Assembly (NCBI GenBank): GCA_038087875.1
Contig: CM075982.1
Location: forward strand, 15,872,001 to 15,936,000
Direction: 5' to 3'
Origin: Malacoraja senta
Lineage: Eukaryota
DNA length: 64,000 nucleotides
The translations under genes and the position numbers were made by a program. Shown one piece after another: positions 13,700-26,895 of the stretch. How positions within the stretch are numbered: position 1 is the stretch's first letter; the number at the start of each line of letters is the position of its first letter. The notes beneath the pieces were generated by a model. The model did not search any database. It was not told the origin of the DNA and saw nothing but the letters and a program-made list of their open reading frames with translations.

Positions 13700-14560
13700 T
13701 CCACTCAGATGGACATTGCCACACGGCCTGTCCTTCAGTAAAATAACACTCTCCAGCTAAACACCTTTGACCACGTCCATCAGGCAGTGGTTGAGCAGGG
13801 ACTATCCGGCAGGTCTGTGGAAATAGGACACTGTGGATCCTGTGGGATTGTTCCCCAAGCAGACTACCAAAGTTATTTGGCAGAACGCCTCAATCACCAG
13901 AACTCATGAGCAAGCAACTGGACCCTTTGCTTGCTTGGTGGTGAGAAGGGCCCTCTCTGTGCAGAACCGTTTCCACCAGGCCCTTCATGTAGAGCCTCAT
14001 GGAGATTGCTGTGGTGTGAATGAAACCACGGTCTTTCTCCTCAAGGACCAGGCATGTGCCGAGAAGGTTTGAACCAGAATGCAAAATCTTGTCAAGGTTC
14101 GGCCTGAGCATCCGCGTAACAGAGGACACTTTGATCTACCGGCTGTTCCCAGGAACGCACGTTAAGACAAACATCAACCACTGCTGGACGCTCGTCAACT
14201 TGGTGAAAGACACACTTTGCTCTGCCCAATGCTTGTTTGTTTTCCAGTGTAAGGAGATATCCACAAGTGAATGTGCCAATTGGCATTGTTCCAGTCTGCC
14301 GCAACACAGGCTGAGGGACACACTGAAGCTCGGTGCAGCCAACACAAAGGCTTGGTGGGATAGGACACCTCTGCCACTTCTGATCACTGGGGGCCTAACT
14401 ACAGAGCAACAGTGTCTCAAGTGGTGCGTTGTTTTATGGAGGAAACAGGATCAGTGTTGTGGATTTTACGACAATGTACTGAAATTGATGTTATAATGAA
14501 AGTAGAGAAAGGCAAGTCTTAAATGTATTTACTGTATATTTGGTGAATTAATTTATATAT
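13700..14560 (+). mobile_element. Tx1-clade (L1-group) LINE, ORF2 3' fragment, decayed
   Basis: WQNAS...LVVRRALSV...CCGVNET zinc-knuckle remnant; LIYRLFPGTH...VKDTLCSA...LRDTLKLGAANTKAWW. Confidence 0.75.
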
Positions 14561-15157
14561 TTAAAATAAAAATGACTCCCCTGTCTGTGCAATAGCCACA
14601 CAAGTGCATGTGGTTGAAATCATAAGCAATGTATCCCACTGAAATGTGCTCTTTAGTACACCGTCTAAGTGAACTTTGTAGACAGTCTATACTTATCCCA
14701 AAGTCCTGCTTTAGCATTGTTTCCTTCAATGACTTGCCCATTTAAATGGTTGCCTAAATGCCTCTTAAATGTGATGATTGTATTTGATTCCACCACTTCC
14801 TCTGGCAATGCGTTCCAGATACCTAAAATTGAGAATTCAATGTTCATACCATTGGATGGTAGGCTACCTAAGTGGAGTACCCAAGTGCAAAGACTTGCTT
14901 CACTTGCAATCCAACATCATAATCTGGTTTATCAAGAAATACTCATAATTTAGTGTATATTTATTTGCTTTGTTGTTGTCCTCCAGCAACAGCTAAAATA
15001 TCCTTAAACAACTAAAGAAAACAAAAACTCTGCAAAGATTAACAGTAATTTTTGTTTTTTAATTCTCAGTTCATAAAGTTAAACTAATTAAAAATGTACA
15101 TTAATTTCGAAATAGGAAAAGAAACAATACTATTGGTCTGAGGAAGGGTCTTGACGA

Positions 15158-17375
15158 GTATTTACCGAGGAGAAAGACAGTAGGACGGAGGAACTTGGGG
15201 CAGTCAATGGAAAGGGCCTGTCTCACTGCGGAGACCTAATTTGCGAGTTTAGAAGAGTTTGCGCTCGCCTCGAACTCGAAGCATGGTCGACACGTGGTCC
15301 TAGGAGGTCTATGTAGCTCTCCTTCATGCTCGAGAGAAGTTCCCGCATACTCGAGTTGTCAGTTTGGTCGAGGAGTATTTTATAGCATGCTGATAATTGT
15401 CCGCGAGTAAAAATTGGTCGGCATGGAAAAAAATCAATATTTTATTTACTCGTAGGTTTAGTCAAAGTAGGTCGTAGTAGGTCGGCATGTTATTCGTAGG
15501 TAATCAAAGGCAATCGAAGGTAATCAAAGGTAGTCGAAGGTGGTCGTCTTCACTCTCCACTAATTGGTGTCCAATTTTCCCGAAGCTAGTCGAAGCTAGT
15601 CTTCAACATAGTCGAAGGAGGTCGAAGGAGATCAAAGGAGGTCTTCTACATAGTCGAAGGAGGGTCTTCTACATATTCGTAGGAGGTTCTCAACATAGTC
15701 GAAGGAGGTCGTAGGAGGTGTACTAATTCGGCGATACAACAAGACCATGACACATTTTTTAACTCTCCTAAACTCTTCTAAACTCGCAAATTAGGTCCCC
15801 GCAGTGGGACAGGCCCTGAAGTGTCTTGAGAGCAGTCAGTGTTACCGTCGAAGAAGTACTGAAGGTACTGACAGTATGATGGTAGACAAATCTCTCGGGC
15901 CTGATTAGATATCTCTGAGGACATTGTGGGAAACTAGAGAGGAAATTGCGGGAGTCCTGGTTGAAATTTACGAGTCGTCCTTAAATACAGGAGAGATGCC
16001 GGAAGACTTGAAGATGGCAAATGTTGTGCCTCTTTTCAAGAAGTGCTGCAGGGAACTATAGGCTGGTGAGCTTAAAATCTGTAGTTGGAAAGTTACTAGA
16101 GAGTATTCTGAGGGATAGGTTATACAGACATTTAGATGGGCACGGGCTGATTTGGGATAGTCAGCATGGTTTTATACGTGGGAGCTCACAAATCTGATAG
16201 TTTTTTTGAAGATGTGACCAAAAAGGTCAATGAGAGCAGAGCTGTAGATGTTGTGTACATGGATTTCAGTAAGGCATTCGACAAGGTTCCGCATGATAGG
16301 CTGCTCTGGAAGGTTAGATTGCATGGGATCCAAGGAGAGATAGCAAATTGGCTCCATGGAAGGAAGCAGAGGGTGATGGTGGAAGGTTGCTTCTCGGACT
16401 GGAGGCCTGAGACTAGTGGTGTGCCTCAGGGTTCAGTGCTGGGCCTGTTACTGTTTGTCATCTACTTCGATGATTTGGATGGGAACATACAGGGCAAATT
16501 AGCAAGTTTGCTGATGATACAAACGTTAGTGGTTTTGCAGATAGTGAAGATGGTTGTGAAGGATTGTAGCAGGATCTGGATCGATTGGGCCAGATGGGCT
16601 GAGGAATGGTTGATGGAATCTAATACAGAGAAGAGTGAGGTGTTGCATTTTGGGAAGTCGAACAAGGGCAGAACCTACACAGTGAATGGTAGTACAGGTG
16701 CATGGTTCTTTGAAGGTCGAGTCGCAGGTAGATAAGGTGGTCAAAAAGGCTTTTTGGCACATTGGCCTTCATCAGTCAGGGTACTGAGTATAAAAGTTGG
16801 GAGGTCATATTGCAGTTGTATAAGACGTTGGTGAGACCGCATTTAGAATATTGTGTTCAATGCTGGGCACCATGTTACAGGAAAGATATTGTCAAGCTTG
16901 AAAGGGTTCAGAGAAGATTTACGAGGATGTTGCCAGGACTAGAGGGTGTGAGCTATAGGGAGAGGTTGAGTAGGCTGGGTCTCTATTCCTTGGAACGCAA
17001 GAGGATGAGGGGGTGATCTTATACAGGTGTACAAAATCATGAGAGGAATAGATCAGGTAGATGCACAGTCTCTTGCCCAGAGTAGGGGAATCGAGGACCA
17101 GAGGACATAGGTTCAAGGTAAAGGAGAAAAGGTTTAATAGGAATTTGAGGGGTAACCTTTTCACACAAAGGGTGGTGGGTGTATGGAACAAGCTGCCAGA
17201 GGAGGTAGTTGAGGCTGGGACTATCCCATCGTTTAAGAAACAGTTAGACAGGTACATAGATAGGACAGGTTTGGAGGGATATGGACCAAGAGCAGGCAGG
17301 TGGTAGCTGGACATGTTGACCGGTGTGGGCAAGTTGGGCCGAAGGGCCTTTTTCCACAATGTATCACTCAATGAC
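15158..17375 (+). mobile_element. CR1 LINE (RT to 3' end), decayed, interrupted by a MITE
   Basis: [55 protein letters not shown]; multiple frameshifts. Confidence 0.92.
15213..15817. mobile_element. Non-autonomous TIR element (PIF/Harbinger-like) with internal 9-bp repeats
   Basis: TIRs of about 48 bp agggcctgtc(t/c)cactgcgg...aatttgcgagtttagaagagttt; 3-bp TSD gaa (15210-12, 15818-20); host CR1 continues on both sides. Confidence 0.85.
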
Positions 17376-17925
17376 CCGAAACGTCACCCATTCCTCCTCG
17401 CCGGAGATGCTGCCTGTCCTGCTGAGTTACTCCAGCATTTTGTGTCTATCTTTGGTTTAAACCAGCATCTGCAGTTCCTTCCTTGACAAAACTATGAGCT
17501 TCATTTATCTTTTGACTGAAGCTTGGTGACCCTATTCAGAAGAATATTAGTCCAAATCTCAGGGGGACAGGTACAAAGTATGTCCAACCCTTGGTCAGGA
17601 GTCAGGACAGTTCACAACTGCTCCTGGACATTGGCAAGTCCAGCCGTGGGAGAGAGCGGACAGATGGCTGCCACCCAACTTCAGTGCATCCTGTTCTTCA
17701 ACTCCACATCGCATGGACACGGAAGTCCAAATTGCCCGAGCAGCTGTGCTCCAATTAACTGGCGAATCCCAGCAGAACTTCCGACTTAAAATCAGCGTAA
17801 TAGAGCCTGTTGTCTTCAGTGTAAGAAGGAACTGCAAATGCTGGTTTAATCCGAAGATAGACACAAAAGCTGGAGTAACTCAGCGGGACAGGCAGCATCT
17901 CTGGAGAGAAGGAATGGGTGCAAGT

Positions 17926-17953
17926 CTGAAGAAGGGTCTCGACCCGAAACGTC
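17926..17953 (+). ncRNA. Minimal hammerhead core in a fold-back PLE repeat (17820-18021)
   Basis: CTGAAGAA GGGTC TC GACCC GAAACGTC. Confidence 0.6.
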
Positions 17954-19174
17954 CCCCATTCCTTCGCTCCAGAGATGCTGCCAGTCCCGCTACGTTACTC
18001 CAGCTTTTTGTGTCTATCTTCTGTTGTCTTCAGTGCCTGTCATCTATCTTCTGTCTTCAGTGCATGTCACACAACATTCACAGCCATCTTCACTCATCCA
18101 ATCTCGCACATTCCTTGGCCAAAGCTATTCATTTCCCATTGATCGATGTGGCCTTGAGATGAGCTTCCAATCACACTATTGCCGTCTCCTTAACCTGTTC
18201 ACTGCCAAGATGTTTTTTCACTTGTATACTCTGACCCGTGTGTACTCGGGGGTGGCACTGAACAGGTTAACCTCAATACCACTGGCTGCTCCTCCTATTG
18301 CTGTAGTCTGGAACTGTTTCTTCTTGAGTTAATTGTTTCAATCTCCTCCTGACCACTCCTTCCTCCTGCCAGTGTTAGTATTACCTCATCCGTGGGTGGG
18401 TTGTACCCTTGGGTCCTACTTGGGTAAAGTTTGCATAAAGCTCTTTGTGACCACCGAGTGTTTCAATCCTCTCCCACATCTCAAAGGTTCGATGAGCTAG
18501 TGTTATTGCCTTTGGGACAGATCGGTGGCTAATTTGACTACTGGAACCGATGGGAATACTCTTAAGTGCTGGTATTGGCTCAATGAGCCAAATGGACCTG
18601 ATCTATGTTGTGAGAAACATAAGAAAATATATGCCTCTGTGATCTATAATTTTTGCATACTCTTGATTTTGCCAGTGGCTGCCATGCATTCAGTTGCTGG
18701 GACTTACCTCCCTATATTTCTCTGGCTTTTAACCTCACCATCTTTTTAACCTTTTTAACCTCACGAGGCACCCTGAAGCTTATCTCTGTGACCAAGCTTT
18801 TATTTTTTCTCTCCCAATACAGGGCTGCCAAGTCTCACGCTTTGAGCGTGAGAATCACGCATTTGAATGAACTCTCACGCCCTCACGCTGATCAGAAATT
18901 TCTCACGCTCTGTGGTGAGAAATGTTGTGATCAACGAACATTTCAAAACTCAGATACACTGCATGGTCCGCGGGTGTTGGAGAGCCGGGGCTGAGGGAGG
19001 GATGGAAGCAGCGGGCGGATACAGATGCGGGGAGTCGGGGCTGGCCAGTGTTTGCGGGGCTGGCGAGTCGCTCGCTGGAGCTCCGGCCATGGAGCAGCCC
19101 CAGTGCGAGAGTCCCGGGCCGTCGGAGTCGTCGGAAGCGTTGCGCCGCTGGCTTCGGCACAGAGACTCTCAAAG

Positions 19175-20265
19175 GTAGGTAGAGAGAGAGGGGAAGGAGA
19201 CAGGGAGACGGGGGAGAGAGGGTGAGAGGAGAGAGAGGGGAGAGACAGAGGGGGAGTGAATGGAGCGAGAGAAGAGGGAGAGGGGGGGAAGAGGGAGAGA
19301 GAGGGGGAGAGTGAGGTGGGAGGGGGAAAGAGAGAGAGGGATGAGAGGGAAGAAAGAGGGATGAGAGAGGGAAGAGAGGGGGTGGAGAGGAGGAGAGGGT
19401 AGGAGAGAATGTGAGAGAGAGGGGGAAGAGAGGGGGTTGGTAAAAGAGAGAGGGGAAGAGGGGGAAGAGGGAGAGAGGGGGAAAGAGAGAAACAGGGGAA
19501 AGAGAGAGAGAGATGGGGGGGCAAAGAGAAATAGGAGATAGAGACAGAGGAGAAAGAGAGCAAGAGGGAGAGTGAGGTGGGAGGGAGAAATGGGGGAGAG
19601 AGAGAGGAGGAGAGAGGAGGAGAGAGAGAGAGAGAGAGGGGGGAAGAGAGAGAGGCGAGAGAGAGAGAGGAGAGACACAGAGAGAGGGGAGAGTGTGTGG
19701 AGNNNNNNNNNNNNNNNNNNNNNNNNNNNNNNNNNNNNNNNNNNNNNNNNNNNNNNNNNNNNNNNNNNNNNNNNNNNNNNNNNNNNNNNNNNNNNNNNNN
19801 NNNNNNNNNNNNNNNNNNNNNNNNNNNNNNNNNNNNNNNNNNNNNNNNNNNNNNNNNNNNNNNNNNNNNNNNNNNNNNNNNNNNNNNNNNNNNNNNNNNN
19901 NNNNNNNNNNNNNNNNNNNNNNNNNNNNNNNNNNGAGAGTGAGGCGGGAGGGAGAGAAGGGGAGAGAGATGGAACAGAGGAGAGAGAGGGGGGGAGAGAG
20001 AGAGAGGGGGAGAGAGAAAGAGAGAGGGGAGGGGAGTGAGTGAGGGGGAGACAGGGGAGAGAGAGGGGGTGAGAGGAGAGACAGAGAGGAGAGAGAGAGA
20101 GGAAGAGAGGGGAGGGGAAGAGAGAGGGGGGAGAGGAGAGAGGGAGAGTGGGGAGAGAGAGAGGGGAGAGAGAGAGAGAAAGAGGGGGAGAGAGAGAGGG
20201 GGAGAGAGAGAGGGAGAGAGAGAGGGGGAGAGAGAGAGGGGGAGAGGGGGGGAGAGGGGTAGGAG
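19175..20265. repeat. Polypurine (GA-rich) tract containing an assembly gap (N 19703-19934)
   Basis: Directly visible. Confidence 0.95.
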
Positions 20266-20755
20266 GCAGGCTGCCAACTCCCATGCATTGAGCCTGAGAA
20301 TCCCGCATTTCGTCAAATTCTCACGCTGATCACAAATTTCTCTCGCTCTGTTGTGAGAAATTCTGTGATCAACGAAAATTTCAAAACTCATATCAACTGC
20401 ATGGGCCATGGGTGTTGGAAGCAGTAGCAGCGGCGGGGACAGATGCGGACGGGGAGCGGGGCTGGCGAGTGTTTGCCGGGCTGGCGAGTCGCTCACTGCA
20501 GCTCCGGCCATGGAGCAGCCTCAGTGCACGGCGTCGGATGCGTTGCGCCGCTGCCGTGAGAGTCTCTGTGCCAAATTCGCCCAGGTGACCGGCATGGATC
20601 AGGCTGCAGCTCGGTGCATCCAGGAGGACAACCAGTGACTGCTGGAAGTAAGTACCAAGCACTGGGTAGAAACGGTGGAAGATAGTGGACTTCAAATGGG
20701 GGTGGTTGGAGAAAGCACCCTGCTTGCCTGCTAGATTTTCACTTACTGCAACTGC

Positions 20756-21390
20756 AGGAAAAATGTTCCCGATGTTGGGGGAGTTCAGAACCAGGGGTCA
20801 CAGTTTAGGAATAAAGGAGGGGCCAGTTAGGACTGAGATTATACTTTCTTCACACAGAGAGTTGTGAATCTGTGGAATTCTCTGCCACAGAAGGCAGTTA
20901 AGGCCAATTCACTGGATGTTTTCAAGAGAGAGTTACATTTAGTTCTTGCAGCAAAGGACACCAAGGGATATGGGGAAAAAACAGGAAAGAGGTACTGATT
21001 TTAGATGAATAGCCATGATCATATTGAATGGGAGTGCTGGCTCGAAGGGCCGATGGCCTATTCCTGCACCTATTTTCTATGTTTCTATGCTTGAGTATAT
21101 GGCAATAAAACTAGATCACTTGATTTTGAAGCATTCATGCATGGTGGAGGTATAATGTAGTCATAGAGTGATACAGTGTGAAAACAGGCCCTTCTGCGCA
21201 ACTTGCCCACACCCGCCAACATGTCCCAGCTACGCTACCTGCTTTTGGTCCATACCTCCAAAACCTGTCCTATCCATGTATCAGTCTAACTTTTTCTTAA
21301 ATGTTGGGATGGTCCCTGCCTTAACTACCTCCTCTGGCAGCTTGTTCCATACACCCATCACCCTTTGTGTGCATAAAGTTACCCGTTAAA
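20756..21390. mobile_element. Two CR1 3'-end fragments (20756-21090 +, 21160-21390 -)
   Basis: FFTQRVVNLWNSLPQ-type end and CR1 3' UTR stem-loop with short-repeat tails. Confidence 0.8.
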
Positions 21391-22589
21391 AAGTTACCTC
21401 TTAAAAATACTTCATACAAAAAACATTGAAATCATACTTCTACAATGCACTAAAACATGATTTTATTACATCAAATTTCAAAATGTTCCTACCCTGGGAG
21501 GGGGGACACCCTTCCTCCACACCCTCTCCCCACTCGGTTGCACCACTCCCTCACCGGGTACCCCCAAGGCCAGTGATCAGTGATCGCTCAGCCTCCCCCC
21601 TTTCAAAAATGCTCCAATCCAATTTAAAGCATATATATTGCATTCAAGTGTAAGTTAAAAGACTCGTTACAGTATGCACCATATTGCACAATTTCAAGCT
21701 GAAAAATGCAAAAGTTCCATACCAATGGGAGGGGGGACACCTTCCTCCCCCCCCCCCCCCCCAGTCGCTATGCTCCCTCAGGCTTGGTCTTTCGCAATTT
21801 CTCACTCCCAACTCTCACCCAATGTTGGCAGCCCTGCCTAATATCTCCTTATGTGACATGAAATCAAACATATTTTAACAATGTGTAGGAAGGAACTGCA
21901 GATGCCGAGGTTAGACACAAAATGCTGAAGTAGCTCAGCAGGACAGGCAGCATCTCTGGATAGAAGGAACGCGAAGGGTCTCGACCCAAAGCGTCGCCCT
22001 TTCTTTCTATCCAGAAATGCTGCCTGTCCCGCTGAGTTACTCCAGCATTTTGTGTCTATATTATAACAATAGTGCTGTGAAGAGCCTGGAGATGTTTTAG
22101 CATGAAATAGGTGGCATACAAACAAAAGTTGTTGCTGTCTAAATAGGTTGACACCATTGGTAAACTAACACAACAGGCTGGCATTTATAATCAAATACGA
22201 TGTACCACTGAAGAGAAAAATACGAATTTGTGACTCTTGACATTTCATGGCATTTGCGGTTTAATTAGAAAAAACTAGCTGTCTTTCATTTGACTTTCCA
22301 GTGGTAATCTATCTCATGTGTTTTTTGTCTCTGAATGGAATGATTGTCAGTTCTGTCACAAGCCACTTTTCAGCAACTGTGGAAGGCATATCGCAGGAGG
22401 CATTGTGTATGGTCATTTTCTTGCTATTGCCACTAATGTATTTCTGGTGTAAATTCATGCATAGAAAATATATGATATGACCTCTCCAGATAAATCACAC
22501 AATAGATAGTGATTTATTCACTAAAGCATGAACCATCTCTCTGCAATCTTCCCGGGTCCTTTGCAACAGGTGAAGAGGAAAGCAGTTTC

Positions 22590-23180
22590 ACTTTCCCCCC
22601 CCTCCCATTCCCACAATGAGCTTTCTGGTCTGGGCCACCTCCACTGTCAGAGTGTGGCCCAACGCAAATTGGAGGAACAGCACCTCATATTTTGCGGTAT
22701 GAATTATGATTTCTCTAACTTCAAGTAACCCTTGCTTTCCCTCTCTCTCTGTCCCTCCCCCACCATAGTTCTCCGACTCACTGTCCTGATTAAATTTACT
22801 GTTTGTTTGCCTCATTGACACCTTCCCCTCAGCCAACAATGAACCATTGTACATCTGCCTACTATGTTCTGTTGTGCTCAAGCAAAGCAAGAATTTCATT
22901 GTCCTACCAGGGACACATGACAATAAACTCACTTGACTTGACTTGACATTTTCTTGATCAACATCTGTTTTGATCTGTCCTTTTCACACCTTGCATGTTC
23001 TTTGTACCCTTCCATATTTCTAATTTCCCTCCCCCCTTGACTCTCAGTCTGAAGAAGGGTCTCGGCCCGAAACGTCACCCGTTCCTTCTCTCCAGAGATG
23101 CTGCCTGTCCCGCTGAGTTACTCCAGCATTTTGTGTCTATCTTCTGTGTAAACCAGCATCTGCAGCTCCTTCCTACACAT
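22590..23180 (+). mobile_element. PLE 3' end (GIY-YIG C-terminus, UTR, pseudo-LTR), interrupted by a Rex1-type tail at about 22855-22947
   Basis: ORF 22528..22728 ends LHCQSVAQRKLEEQHLIF...DFSNFK. It is followed by a pyrimidine-rich UTR and the same pLTR repeat found throughout the window. Confidence 0.85.
23049..23076 (+). ncRNA. Minimal type I hammerhead ribozyme core in PLE pseudo-LTR
   Basis: CTGAAGA-A-GGGTC-TC-GGCCC-GAAA-CG-TC: CUGANGA, helix II, GAAA, palindromic ACGU helix III and GUC cleavage triplet. Helix I is weak (gt/ac). Confidence 0.65.
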
Positions 23181-25939
23181 CCTTCATCAACATCTTCACC
23201 ACAATTAAATTGACCCATTAATTTGTTTTCTTTTAGGTAATATTGAGATTGATGCAAACGTTCATCTCTGTTTAATTTAAAGTCACTCCACTGTTAAACC
23301 AGTGCAAATCAGTGCAGACACGACAGCATTGGAGATGAACACAGAAATACATTCATACACTGATTCTGAATACCTCATTGTTGCACTGACTAATGTATGT
23401 TAGAAAACTATTTCCTATATTAACTGTAGAGCAGAACTCCATTTGCTATTAATGACATGAGATGATTTATGTTTAATTTGCTCACTGACAGTCCCTTGAT
23501 TGCTCTGTGAGCAGCGGTGATAATTAACATATTTAAAAACTCACCAAGAGTAATCTCTAGCCATGAACTAAATGAGCCAGGTACCACTGATATCCTGTAG
23601 ATACAATCACAGAGCCCATAACACCACGGTAATTCAATTGTCTAGACCATGGATGAAACAACACAATATTTCCACAGATTTTTAAGACATGTTTAAAGTA
23701 TGTAATAGCATGGCAGTATTTTGCTTACTGCCTATATAAAGTGTGTGTGTGTGTGTGTATGCGCACAAGAGATCTTGTGCTGTACTCTGTGCTAGTGATG
23801 AAGAGAATGCGTGGGTGTGAAGATGTAAGTGAATGTATGGAATGTGAATTAGTGGCTGTGTTTATACCTTATCAAGCCACACTAATGTGGAGCTACATTA
23901 TGAAAAGAATGATGGAGGTAGTCTTACCCTGTATGTTCTCGTCCAAATCATTGACGGAGATGACAAACAGTAACGGGCCCAGCACCGAACCCTGAGGCAC
24001 ACCATTGGTCACAGGCCTCCAGTCCGAGAAGCAACCTTCCACCATCACCCTCTGCTTCCTTCCATGAAGCCAATTTTCTATTGAAATGGAGCCAGGGACA
24101 GGTTTAGAAGGATATGGGTCAAATACAGGCAGGTAGGACCAGTTTAATTGGGGCATGTTGGTTCACGCAGGTATGTTGGGCTGAAGGGCCTGTTTCCACA
24201 ACGTATGTCTCCATGGAGATATTGCAGCTTTTTCTTTTATTTGCAAATTCTCTAATCTGCTTTTTTTAATTTCTCATACTTTCAGGCAGAAATTTCTTAG
24301 TTGGGAGGATGAGGAAAGATGACTGTTTACACACACTACCCAATGTTATTAGTTGGACAATTAAAGGCCAAAGAATTGGGTGTCGGTCCAATCCATATTT
24401 ATCTTGTTTTTACAAGGATTTTATGTTGGTTTGGAATTGTCTTGAGGCAGCAAAAGATCATGGGACGAGGCCAGCATTCCTCAGGTTGAAAGCACCTCTA
24501 TTGAGTTCGCATCAATTTCTATGCCAATAGACAACCAATCGCAGCCGAGAAAGGAAGGAAAACTTCCTGAAAACTATCCTGGAGCCCAAACAAAACAAAA
24601 AAAGGCCGGGCTTCCAAAGTAAATGTGCTGCATTTTGAAAGAGACTGCAGATGCTATAACCTGGAACACAAATCAAACTGTTCGAGGAACTCAGCAGATC
24701 AGGAAGCTGTGGTTAGGTCAATGTTTTTAGTCAAAACCTGCAGCCCCTGACCCACTGAGTTCTCCAGCAATGTGTGTTTGCAGTGTGATGCATTTTCAAT
24801 CTGCTTGAGACCGTCTGTTGAGTCCCAGACAGTGGATTATACATCAGACTGCAACAAGTTGAGATTACATTGGACAGGTGAGGTCTTCTCCACTCCCTCC
24901 CTAGCGACAAATGTTGTTTCAATGGAAGATATCTTAAAGTGAATTGGGCAAAAAGACAAATATGCAACTTTAAGCGTAGACAAATTGATAAAATATTTGT
25001 AACAATCAAGTCATCAATTGGATCATTCCTGGGTTTTTCTTGAATGGAAATAAACTGTTTGCATCTCATAGGGAAAACTGAGACACAAAAGCCTCGATAT
25101 CTTTACTCATGATACAGGTAAATGGACATAATGGTTGTTACATAAAGAAACAAACAATACTTAGTAAGATGGAGGAAGGATTGCCTAGAAGTAAAGTAGA
25201 AAGAATTTAGTCAGAGCTGGCTAGAAGTTGATGCATTATCCACTCTGCACAGAGCAACCCAAACAGAAGAAGTGTGTAAGCCACCAAGAGGAAGCCAAGG
25301 AGTTCGTGGACTACTCTGAGAAACATAGTCATCATCACTTTGCCGGTTGCCTTTACCATGTTGGCAAATCCAGAAAGCCTATCTCACCAGATGGAGCTGG
25401 AAGTGAAATTGTTCTAGAAGAAGAGAGAGTGAAAAACAGTTAAAGTCAACATCACATCCATGAACCAATGAACATGGTATAAAAATCACACTTAATTTCT
25501 GACATTGAAAATGTGGCCAGTAGGAAAATAATTAAGTTTGCAGTACGGTAATGACAAAACTACTTACAGTAGCTCACATCCTCTAATGCTAATCTATTCA
25601 GTGACAGGAGAAAATGCCCATAGGTAGTGCTATTTTATATACCCCGTTTCAAAATAAGTAGATCATTGTATTATAGATTCATTTGATTCTAGCTCATGGC
25701 TCACACAAAGCATTAGTCAATACCATAGAGAATAGAAAGACCAAACCTAACAATTCTGTCGCACGAGCACAAAGTGGTAACTAAAGAGGTTTAGATGAGA
25801 TAAGGAATTGCCAATGTTCTAACAGGCACGTCTGCTGGTGCCTTTGTTAGTATTCAGCATTCATATTTTTCTTGCTCAATGATCACATTCTTTCCTTGGC
25901 CAGTAATAAAGTCCAGATATCAGGGCATCCCATTTTGAT

Positions 25940-26895
25940 AACTGGATGTTCTCCACTGAACCATATCAGTTCGGTCATAGTGCGAACTCCATCATCAAGT
26001 TCGCTGACAACACCACTGTTGTGGGACGTATCACTGATGGGGATGAGTCAGAGTATAGAAGAGAGATCGAGCGACTGTCCATATGGTGCCAGCACAATAA
26101 CCTGGCCCTCAACACCAGCAAAAGCAAGGAACTGATTGTGGACTTTGGAAGGAGTAGGATGGGGACCCACAGTCCCGTTTATATCAACGGGTCTATGGTT
26201 GAAAGGGTCAAGAGCTTCAAATTCCTGGGCGTGCACATCTCTGAAGATCTTTCCTAGTCCGAGAACACTGATGCAATTATCAAGAAAGCTCATCAGCGCC
26301 TCTACTTCCTGAGAAGATTACGGAGAGTCGGTTTGTCAAGGAGGACTCTCTCTAAATTCTACAGGTGCACAGTAGAGAGCATGCTGACTGGTTGCATCGT
26401 GGCTTGGTTCGGCAACTTGAGCGCCCTGGAGAGGAAAAGACTACAAAGAGTAGTAAACACTGCCCAGTCCATCATCGGCTCTGACCTTCCTTCCATCGAG
26501 GGGATCTATCGCAGTCGCTGCCTCAAAAAGGCTGGCAGTATCATCAAGGACCCACACCATCCTGGCCACACACTCATCTCCCCGCTACCTTCAGGTAGAA
26601 GGTACAGGAGCCTGAAGACTGCAACGACCAGATTCAGGAATAGCTACTTCCCCACAGCCATCAGGCTATTAAACCTGGCTCGGACAAAACTCTGAACATT
26701 AATAACCCATTACCTGTTATTTGCACTTCATTTTATTTATTCATGTGTGTATATATTTATATAATGGTATATGGACACACTGATCTGTTTTGTAGTCAAT
26801 GCCTACTATGTTCTGTTGTGCTGAAGCGAAGCAAGAATTTCATTATCCTATCAGGGACACATGACAATAAACTCTCTTGAACTTGAACTTGAACT
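25940..26895 (+). mobile_element. Rex1/Babar LINE, 5'-truncated (RT C-terminus, 3' UTR, (ttgaac)n tail)
   Basis: IIKFADNTTVVGRITDGDESEYRREI...LNTSKSKELIVDF; FYRCTVESMLTGCIVAWFG...LPSGRRYRSL. Same UTR at 41347-41633 (-); related tail at 50806-51135 (-). Confidence 0.85.

Larger units (their letters stand above)
18820..21836. mobile_element. Non-autonomous DNA transposon (hAT- or P-like ends) containing a duplicated 5' module, a GA tract and CR1 tails
   Basis: TIR cagggctgccaa...ttggcagccctg; flanks cccaata / cctaata (7 bp, one mismatch). Confidence 0.7.

Noticed and set aside
15460-15720. CRISPR-like repeat array
   Set aside because: No unique spacers, eukaryotic context, and it lies within a TIR element.
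18903-20511. Long ORFs of 379-522 aa
   Set aside because: Artefacts of the GA/CT low-complexity tract and the N gap.
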